Both the position numbers and the translations under genes were made by a program. This document shows positions 56,313 through 64,000 of a stretch of DNA of 64,000 bases, one piece after another. The notes under the pieces are model-generated. The model was given only the letters and a program-made list of their open reading frames with translations, had not been told where the DNA came from and did not search any database. Source of the DNA: an uncultured delta proteobacterium (GTDB lineage Bacteria > Myxococcota_A > Polyangia > Fen-1088); assembly GCA_963796685.1 (NCBI GenBank), contig CAWCMR010000025.1, forward strand, positions 1,888,001 through 1,952,000, written 5' to 3'. Within the stretch, counting starts at the first letter, position 1; each line of letters opens with the position of its first letter.

Positions 56313-57388
56313 CGTCGCCGCCCTTTCTTGGCCATTGAGCTCGGGATGAGCGCCTTGGGTTTCTGCCCGCCCTCCAGACGGCGCGTTTCCTCGACGACAC
56401 GGTCGAAGTCCGAGAGGTACTCGGCGTCCTGCCGCTTGCGGTAGCTTTCGTACTCGCCCTCGGCTTTGAGCTTCGCCTCGAGCGCGCTGACCTTCCCCTT
56501 GTCAGCGAGGATCGGATAGCTCGACAACTCCAGGAAGCTGTCGAGGAAGCCGACCCAGTCGGCCATCTTCATCAGGATGCCCCGCTGTGCGCGGTTCTCG
56601 GCGAGGTCGAGGTACGCCGAGACGATGCGGTTGAGCTCCTTGACGTGCGCTTCGCCAAGGTAGTTCTTGGCCACCGTGACATCGGATTTCAGGATCTTGC
56701 CGTGGGGCGCATGCTTCCATGTCGTCAGGCCCATGAAGAGCTTCGCCGCGTCGGCCTTGGCATAGATCAGCTCGGCCGCGGTCTGGCCAGTGATCGCCCA
56801 GTGCAGCTTGTTCTGCACGTTCGCGAAGAAATCGCGCGTGAGCGCCGCGTTGGCATCGTAGTCGGCGGAGAGGGCATAGATGTCGGTGATCTTCTGGTAG
56901 AACCGCCGCTCGCTCGCGCGGATCTCGCGGATGCGCTCGAGCAACTCGTCGAAGTAGTCCTTGCCGAAGATCGCCCTGCCTTGCTTCAGACGGTCATCGT
57001 CCAGCACGAAGCCCTTGATGATAAATTCGCGCAGGGTCTTGGTCGCCCAGATGCGGAACTGCGTGGCCTGGTAGCTGTTAACCCGGTAGCCGACCGCAAT
57101 AATGGCGTCGAGGTTGTAGAACCGGGTCTGGTAGCTTTTCCCGTCGGCGGCAGTAGTTTCCAAAATGGAAACAACTGACCCTTGCTGCAGCTCCCCCGAC
57201 TCGAAGATGTTCTTCAGGTGCTTGGTGACAGCCGGCACCTTGACACCGAACAGCTCGGCCAGCGCCTTCTGGGTCAACCAGGCGGTCTCCTCCTTGAAGA
57301 GAACCCGCACCTTCACCGCGCCATCGGGCGCCGAGTAAAGAAAGAACTCGGCCGCGGCCGGGACCAGGCTCTTGGAATCGTCGGTCAT
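56309..57388 (-). CDS. RhuM family protein
   Basis: WLTQ..LAELF, HLKNIF..GEL, YNLDAIIAVGYRVNS..AT.FR.WA, RIREIRASERRFYQK, KNYL. Confidence 0.9.
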   Translation of the reverse strand: MTDDSKSLVPAAAEFFLYSAPDGAVKVRVLFKEETAWLTQKALAELFGVKVPAVTKHLKNIFESGELQQGSVVSILETTAADGKSYQTRFYNLDAIIAVGYRVNSYQATQFRIWATKTLREFIIKGFVLDDDRLKQGRAIFGKDYFDELLERIREIRASERRFYQKITDIYALSADYDANAALTRDFFANVQNKLHWAITGQTAAELIYAKADAAKLFMGLTTWKHAPHGKILKSDVTVAKNYLGEAHVKELNRIVSAYLDLAENRAQRGILMKMADWVGFLDSFLELSSYPILADKGKVSALEAKLKAEGEYESYRKRQDAEYLSDFDRVVEETRRLEGGQKPKALIPSSMAKKGRRR

Positions 57389-57422
57389 GGGGATGGCCCT
57401 CCGCAGTCCGGTGAGTTTGCGC

Positions 57423-57479
57423 TCATCGCTTGCTGCCTCGGCTGTCGGGGTGAACGATACGCCGGCCGGCGGGGGGCGG
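57423..57479 (-). repeat. Imperfect ~57-bp direct repeat of the methyltransferase 3' end (other copy 58640-58696)
   Basis: TCATCGCTTGCTGCCTCGG identical for 19 bp then ~80% identity overall; both proteins end PPPA.RxxHPDxRGSKR. Confidence 0.8.
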
Positions 57480-58643
57480 ATCCGCTGGATTCGCCGTGGG
57501 CTCGGCGGACTCGAGCTGCGCGTAGAGCTCGTGGAGCTTGCGGCGGAGCAGCGCCTTGGACGGAAGCGCGGTCTGATACTCTGCGACCAGCGTGGGCGAG
57601 GCCGTTCGTGCAAGGGCGTACTCGACGACCTCGTTATCCTTGGTCGCGCAGAGCAGGACGCCGATCGAGGGCTCTTCGTGCGACTTCTTCACGTCGCGGT
57701 CGAGGGCTTCGACGTAGAAGCTCAGCTTGCCGAGATCCTCGGGGCGGAAGTCGCGCACTTTCAGTTCGAACGCGACAAGGCAGGATAGGCCCCGGTGGAA
57801 GAAGACGAGGTCGATGGCGAAGTCCTGGTTGCCGACCTGCACCGGATACTCGGAGCCGACGAAGCAGAAGTCTCGGCCCAGCTCGGTGATGAATCGGCCA
57901 AGGTTGCGCAAGAGCGCACCATGCAGGTCGGCCTCGGAGTGGTCGTCCTGCAGGTCCAGGAACTCGAGGTTGTAGGCGTTCTTGAATTCCTCGAGAGCGG
58001 CCGGATGCGTTTGTGCCACCGCTGGTGACACTGTCTTCGCGGCCGCCGCATGACGCAGGATCGCGCCCGACTGGATCTGCCGCTCGAGCTCGCGCTTGGT
58101 CCAGTGCTCTTTGATGGCGGCGAGCATGTAGTACTCACGGGTCTCTGGCGGCTTGGCCTGGCCGAGGATGATGAGGTGATGGGTCCACGGCAAAAGTCGC
58201 ACCAGCGGTGCGACTTTTGTGTCGCGTTGGTACGCCTCATAGAACTGGCGCATACGGAAGAGATTCGAGCGCGTGTAGCCGCGCATGCCTGGGTATCTGC
58301 GCGCGATGGCGGCCGCCAGCTCGTCGACCACGCCTTCGCCCCACTCGGCGGATGCGATCTTCCCGCTGATGTACTCGCCGAGCTGCCAGTAGAGGCTGAC
58401 CAGCTCGGTGTTGATGGCCTGGTACGCGCGCCGCCTGGCAGCGTCGATGAGCGCGAGAACCTCGTCGAACCTCCGACTGGGCGCAAGAGTCTCGCTTTGT
58501 CGCACCAGTGGTGCGACTTTCTGCGCCCGAGGCTTTGCGAGAGCGAGGCCCTTCGGCCTGGGCATCTTCTTGCTGGCCGCTCGCGATTGTCTCCTCGGTG
58601 CGGAGACTTTCTTGGGGCGAGGGCTCCGTCGGGGCTTCTTCAT
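57423..58643 (-). CDS. YhcG/DUF1016 PD-(D/E)XK nuclease
   Basis: LYWQLG, NL.RM.QFY, LPWTHH, YNLEFL, ELG..F.FVG, IDLVF.HR, ELK, G.L.FY, IGVLLC. Confidence 0.9.
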   Translation of the reverse strand: MKKPRRSPRPKKVSAPRRQSRAASKKMPRPKGLALAKPRAQKVAPLVRQSETLAPSRRFDEVLALIDAARRRAYQAINTELVSLYWQLGEYISGKIASAEWGEGVVDELAAAIARRYPGMRGYTRSNLFRMRQFYEAYQRDTKVAPLVRLLPWTHHLIILGQAKPPETREYYMLAAIKEHWTKRELERQIQSGAILRHAAAAKTVSPAVAQTHPAALEEFKNAYNLEFLDLQDDHSEADLHGALLRNLGRFITELGRDFCFVGSEYPVQVGNQDFAIDLVFFHRGLSCLVAFELKVRDFRPEDLGKLSFYVEALDRDVKKSHEEPSIGVLLCATKDNEVVEYALARTASPTLVAEYQTALPSKALLRRKLHELYAQLESAEPTANPADPPPAGRRIVHPDSRGSKR

Positions 58644-61600
58644 CGCTTGCTGCCTCGGGTGTCGGGATGTGCGACGCGTGGGTCGGCCGGGGGCGGGGCG
58701 AGGCGGGTCTGGTAGGGCTTGCCGGTGCGGGCGGCCTCGACCATGGCGTCATAGATTTCGAGGATGACCCGCTTGGTGCGGTACTCGCCATGGGCTTTCT
58801 CGTCGTTCTTGCGAACGACGGGGAAGGTATCCATTACGTAGTCAGTGTCGTCCCGATTCAAGCCGTAGAGGTGGAAGAAGGCGGCGTCCAGCTCGCAGCG
58901 AAGCAGGAAGCGGCGCTCGGAATCCCAGCGGAAGGGCGGGCCATCGTAGCCGACGTCGTGGGCAAAGGGTTCGAGAGCCCAGGCGGTGTACGTGAGCTCG
59001 AGGACGCGGGGGAGAAGCCAGTCGCGGACAACAGTACCGCGCCGCCAGTCGGTATCGGCGGTGTACTTGTCGGGCGGAAGCACCGGGAGCTGTTTCACGA
59101 CGAAGTAGGTAAGGCTGGTTCCACCGACTTTCTGGCGTGCGGTGTAGTCGAGGGCGAAGCTGCATAGCGAGGCGTATAGACACGCGACCAGGACTGGTTC
59201 CCCCTCGGGCATTATGAGCGGGAACTTGTGGCCGACTGCCGCGAGCGGGATCAGAGACGCAATAACGGTCCGCTGATCGATGCTGCGACAAATGTCCCGC
59301 CAACCGAGAATCCACTCTCTTGCCCAGCAACCTCGAAGCCGTTTGCCCACCTCGGACTCGGCGACCCAGTATCGCGGAGTTGGTGAATACAGTGGATCCA
59401 GAAGCCGTGTCGCGGGGATGATCGGCAGGTTGCGAGTATCGGTTCCTTCCTTCTCTGCCGATCGGTCGGCGTAGTCGCCAAAGCGATGGTCAAAGTGATG
59501 CACCATCTTCGCTTCGATGAGCGGCAGGACCTCGCCGCCGCTCCCGACAGTGCTGGTGCGTTCCAGCCTGCGTCCGCTCGCCGCCAGCTCCGCGCGCGTC
59601 TTGAAGAGACCAGAGTCATTCGCCATATCGAGCATACGCATAAATCGCAGACTCCAAGGATTGCCCTTCGCTTCGTCGGACTCGCGCCACAGGATGCCTG
59701 CGCGGCGATACATGGCTAGGTTGATGTCGGCGTCCCGACGCGAACGGAACGTTGCGCAGGTTCGCGTGTTGGGATTAAGGACGACGATATCTGTGTCGCT
59801 GAGAGAGAAAGTCCGCTTCGGGTCTCGGAGGTCCATCGCGCTCAGCGCGTAGAACACGAACTCTGGTGCCTCGATATGCCCCGCGGCGATCGTTAGGAGT
59901 GCGAACTTGATGTTGTCGTGGCCGATGCCCCGAAAGAGATTGGCGCTCGCTACGTTCTGGAAGTCATACAGGCTCGCGAGTTGTCGAGACGAGACTAGCG
60001 TTCCGAAGTACTCCTTTGTCGTGTCGTCAGTCGCAATCCCCGTTGGTACGATGAACCCGGCCCGTCCATGCGGTCCGAGAACCGCACGGTTGTGCTCTGC
60101 GAAGACGGCGTAGGTGTTTATGTCCCCCTTTCCGCACAGGGGATAGCGACCTGACTGACGGATGTATTGGCTTTGTCCTTCGGCTTCGCGGCTGGCTAGG
60201 GACCATTCGTTCCACAGCAGCGTGTTTGTTTGAGGTAGTGCTGCGATTAACTTCTTCCGCGCCGCCGCGTTCACCGCGACAGAGATCTCTTCACTCCGTG
60301 AGGCGAAGAACTCCTGCTCCTGCAGCTTCACCCGCTCCCACGGCGGATTCCCCAGCACCACGTCAAATCCGCCCCTCGCAAATACCTGCGGGAACTGCAA
60401 GTGCCAGTGGAAAAATCGGTACTCGTTGGCCAACCTGCGGACCTCGATGACGAGCGCGGGCGACGCCAATTGCGGATCATGCCGAAGGCGCTCCCATTCC
60501 GCGTGGGTTGGAGCCATCGTCGCCAAGTCTCCCGGTTGCTTGCACCACACGAAGGCCGCGCACCAGGCGTCGGCGGCGAGACGGCGCGCTCGATAGAGTT
60601 GCGAGTCGAGCAGCCCCGCCCACGTCTGGCCCTTGCGTATAAGGTCCCCAAGGTTACCGTCAGGAGCGGCATCCAGCGACTGCACCTGTGTGGCGAGCGC
60701 TATTGTCCCACCTTCAACGACCGCGCTGAACTCGAAGGAGGCATTCTTGTCCTCTCGCTCGGCCTTGTTGCGCTTCTTGAGGGCGCTGGCGGTCTTCTTG
60801 TCGTCACCCTCAATCGGCTCCCAAGCAGCGTCGGGGATACCCTTGGCCATCAGCTCCGGCGTCGTGCCGAGCAGGGCATTGCCTTGCTGGACGTGCGAGT
60901 CGAGGAATGACAACGGTCGGCCGGGCTCGACGGCCTTCATCCACAGGCTGACCCGGCACAGCTCGACCGCCATGGGGTTGAGATCCACGCCGTACACACA
61001 ACGGCCGATAACCTGGCGAAAAGCGTGCCGATACTGCTCGCCCGAGGGCGTGCCGCCAGATTCCAATTGCGCCACCTGCGAAGGCCAACCTCTCGGCAGC
61101 GGCCAGCAGGAAGTGTCCCGAGCCGCAGGCGGGATCCACGATGGACAGGCTCAGCAATGCCTCGACGGGATTCTCGGGATGCTTGGCGATGGTGTCGGCG
61201 ATGACCGGATCGAGGGCGCTGTCGAGCAACACCTGCACCAAGCTGTCGGGCGTGTAGTAGCTGCCCGAGGTCTTGCGCGCGTTGCCTTTGGTCTCGCCGC
61301 CCTCGGCGAAACCGAAGGTCCGACCGCCGGAGATCTGCGGCACCAGCTCGAGCAGGCTCTCGTACACGCTGCCCAGCTCTTCCGGGCCCATGTCGCGCCA
61401 GTTGACCCGTTCCAGACCCCGCTGGTGTAGCCAAGCCAGCTTGAACACGGCAAGCAGGAAGGCATGGTTTTCCAGCTTGGACTTGTCGAGGGCCACGCAC
61501 TGGTCCGCGGCGAAGATGCCGGCCAGTGCCGGCAACCCGAGCCTGGGCTCGCCAAGCCCAAGCCCCTTGAACACGATCATGGTGACTTCCCAGAGATCCG

Positions 61601-62648
61601 AGTGGCGGTCGTGCGCGCTGCGCTTTACCGAGCGCTCGCGCATCCGCCGCATGCCGTAGCCCTGGGCATAGAGGCCCTTCGCCTTCTCATCGGTGCCGTC
61701 GGGATGGAGCAGCCCGCGCTCTTCAACGGTCAGCAGGAAGATCAGGCGGTAGATCAGGCGCAAGAGCTGGTTAAAGTAGTCCTTGATGGACAGCGCCCCG
61801 CTTTGCAGATCCGCCAGCAGCGCGCCGTTCGCGGGGTGGGAAAGGAAGCCTTGGCCGAGTGCCATCAGCGCCTGCTCGACCCCCTTGCGCAGATCCGCTC
61901 GTGCCCGGGTGCCCTCTTCGCGCCCAGCCTCGCGCCAAGCTTCGAGCGCGCAATCGGCGACAGGTTGGCCGGGCTTGCCGAAGCGAGTCTGGTGCGCGAG
62001 CAGCCACAACGCCGCGAAATCGGCGTAGCGGCCCTCGGTGAAGATGCGGCCGAGGTCGGCCTCGATCCAGGCCGGCCGGGTAAGGCTGGCGTTGTCGCGC
62101 AGGATCCGCAGGGTCTTTCCGTCGGAGACCAGACCCCACAGGGCTTCGTCGACGGCGTTCAGGTATTCCTGGGTCAGGCCAAAGGCGGTGCGGCGACGGC
62201 CGCTGTCTCCCAGCTCGGGAAGGGGTTCTTCCAGTCCCTGGCCGGCGGGCGCGATGACCACCGGGACGCGCTGGCCGTGGGCAGAGAAGCCGATGGTGAA
62301 GGTGCGCTCGCCAATTTGCACCGGAGCGACGGGCGCCAGGGTGGAGAAGCTAAAGCTGTCACGCAGGAGCGCGAGCACGAAACGCTCGGAGAGGGCACGC
62401 GCGTCGCCGCCAGCCGCGAGGCCGGCGTCGAAGTCCTTCCAGTTGGCCTGGGCAATGCGCCAGTAACGGCCGATCTCGTCGCGCAGATTCAGGCCCTTGG
62501 GCACGGCATAGTCGGCCTCGGTCTGCTGTGCAGCCTCGAGCTTTGCCACGCGCGCCAGCCATTCGGGAGAGAGGAGGCCGCCTTCGATGGAGAGAGCCTC
62601 GAAGGCGAGCTGCGCCTCTTGCTTTCGGGGTTTGCGTTGGGTGGCCAT
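58640..62648 (-). CDS. Type IIG/Eco57I-like N6-adenine methyltransferase (DISARM DrmMI-like); one +1 frameshift at ~61081; ~1335 aa repaired
   Basis: ELGSVYESLLE, RKTSGSYYTP, DPACGSGHFL, YGVDLN, FHW.L.FP.VF..GGFDVVLGNPPW; start ATG 62648. Confidence 0.88.
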
Positions 62649-62667
62649 GGCCTCAGAGCACTCCGGT

Positions 62668-62787
62668 CCCCTCGCCCCGCGTAGCGGGGAGAGGGTTAGG
62701 GTGAGGGGACGTGGCTGTGGGCGGAGAGTGGCGCCCCTCACCCGCCGCGCTTCGCGCGTCGGCCTCTCCCCGCTGCGCGGGGCGAGG
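62668..62787. repeat. Inverted pair of palindromic REP-like units
   Basis: CCCCTCGCCCCGC..GCGGGGAGAGGG..GGGTGAGGGG facing CCCCTCACCC..CCTCTCCCCGC..GCGGGGCGAGG; related to 7679-7737. Confidence 0.75.
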
Positions 62788-62816
62788 CGATTTCTGGTGC
62801 AGATACGACCTGGGCA

Positions 62817-64000
62817 TCAGTTCACTCTCGGCAGCAGGACGTAGAGGCCGATCACGTCGGCGGGAAGCAGTGCCTTCACGGTGTACTTGCCGAGGGCTTG
62901 GGAGGCAACGCGAACTCGGCGATGATCCTCGAGCAGAGCATCGGCCCGACTTCTTGCAAAGGATTCGAGATCGCCGGTGTGGTCGGCAAGCCACGCCAGG
63001 GCTTGTTCGAGGGTTCGGCGGCGCACGTGCGCGGGCGGATCGCTAACCGGCGGAGGAAGCAGCAACGCCAGGGCCTCCGCGCCCTGATGGATTGCACCTG
63101 GCGAGGATCCCCAAGCCATCGCGGTCGCTTCCTCGACTAGCAGGTCGCTCGTGCGCGCGGCCTTCTGCGTTTGCAGCTGGTGGCGCAAGCGCACGAGAGC
63201 CACAATGGTCCTCTCGCTCACGGTCGATGAGACCCAGCAACCGGCGCGGCCGAGCACGGATGGATCCGCCCCACCTTCCGTCACGGCTTCGGCCAACGAA
63301 CGCTCAAGCAAGGATTCGGCCAGCACGGAGACCAGGGGATGGCTGCGAAGGACCGGCCGACAGCGAGGCGCGGGAGGGATCTGGAAATCGATCAGTACGT
63401 TGCCAGACAGTCCCTCCACTTCCAGGCGCTCTTTCACCTCACCGGGCAGGGCCGCAAGCGGAGCCTTGAAGCCTCGACGAAGTGCTTCGAGGCCGGCGCC
63501 CAGACGTGCGAGCGCCCGGCTGGTGAAGCGCTGTACGTCTTCCTTGCCGCCGACCGCGGCCAGGGTCTTCTTCCACTCAGGCAGCACCTCGTCGGGCTTG
63601 AGGCGCCGCTGTGCGAATTTTGTGAGGTTGCGCTTGGCATTGTCGGCGGCATTTTGCCAGCAGTCGTCCATGGCCTTGCCTTCGGCGGACGAAGTGAAAT
63701 CCATCACCATCTGTTTCCCGTCGCCACGACCACGCAAGATCACCGCGCGCATCAGGGTCTGGGTCAGCGTATGGCCATCGTCCGGCAACGGCACCGGCAC
63801 GCCCAGCTCCTCTTTGATCTTGGCGGCCTTGCGCAGGATGACCTCGAGCACCGCACCATCGACGGGATTGTTCGCGCCGTACATCAGAGTGGTGCGCACG
63901 ACCTCGGCGTTCTGGCCAAAGCGGTCGACCCGGCCTTCGCGCTGTTCGTGACGGGTCGGGTTCCAGGACAGGTCGTAGTGGACGACGGCATCGAAGTGCT
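62817..64000 (-). CDS. SNF2-type helicase, C-terminal part (DISARM DrmD-like); runs off the window
   Basis: HFDAVVHYDLSWNPTRHEQREGRVDRFGQ helicase motif VI region at the window edge; directly upstream of the MTase. Confidence 0.82.
   Translation of the reverse strand, partial: HFDAVVHYDLSWNPTRHEQREGRVDRFGQNAEVVRTTLMYGANNPVDGAVLEVILRKAAKIKEELGVPVPLPDDGHTLTQTLMRAVILRGRGDGKQMVMDFTSSAEGKAMDDCWQNAADNAKRNLTKFAQRRLKPDEVLPEWKKTLAAVGGKEDVQRFTSRALARLGAGLEALRRGFKAPLAALPGEVKERLEVEGLSGNVLIDFQIPPAPRCRPVLRSHPLVSVLAESLLERSLAEAVTEGGADPSVLGRAGCWVSSTVSERTIVALVRLRHQLQTQKAARTSDLLVEEATAMAWGSSPGAIHQGAEALALLLPPPVSDPPAHVRRRTLEQALAWLADHTGDLESFARSRADALLEDHRRVRVASQALGKYTVKALLPADVIGLYVLLPRVN

Noticed and set aside
1-64000. 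tRNA/rRNA genes, integrase and att sites bounding the island
   Set aside because: None recognised by eye; the island's right boundary lies outside the window

Overview
High-GC bacterial DNA. Gly/Thr/Ser-linker lipoproteins suggest a myxobacterium-like (Myxococcota/Polyangia-type) host; this is an inference. The left ~37 kb is mostly metabolic: prolyl oligopeptidase plus POT transporter downstream of a vapB and truncated vapC, a GH94 phosphorylase, surface lipoproteins, a moa/mob/moe molybdenum-cofactor operon with a fused assimilatory nitrate reductase, a NirB-NirD fusion with NarK, and a TPP-riboswitch thiS-E-G-H-F operon. It also holds a candidate two-gene defence/TA module (nucleotidyltransferase plus a ~1270 aa HTH-HEPN-like-helical fusion). 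The right ~27 kb is an accessory island. Its most striking element is a PafB/PafC-like WYL pair surrounded by four transcription units that each start 5-8 nt behind the same TGTCAG-N10-CAnnnT promoter, the architecture of the mycobacterial PafBC (RecA-NDp) promoter. These units encode a small unknown protein, an unusual DnaA-ATPase/PcfJ-like fusion, a double AAA+ ATPase and an ERCC4-ArdC-HD operon, i.e. a candidate self-contained ssDNA-triggered regulon. Next comes a defence array: SNF2 helicase plus Type IIG-like MTase (DISARM DrmD/DrmMI-like), YhcG, RhuM, HNH, PD-(D/E)XK, Mrr_N-McrB interrupted by an IS1634-family element (19-bp TIRs, CTAG duplication), McrC and another HNH. Six single-base insertions split five otherwise intact genes and are probably sequencing errors. 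All family assignments come from motif recognition by eye, not database searches.
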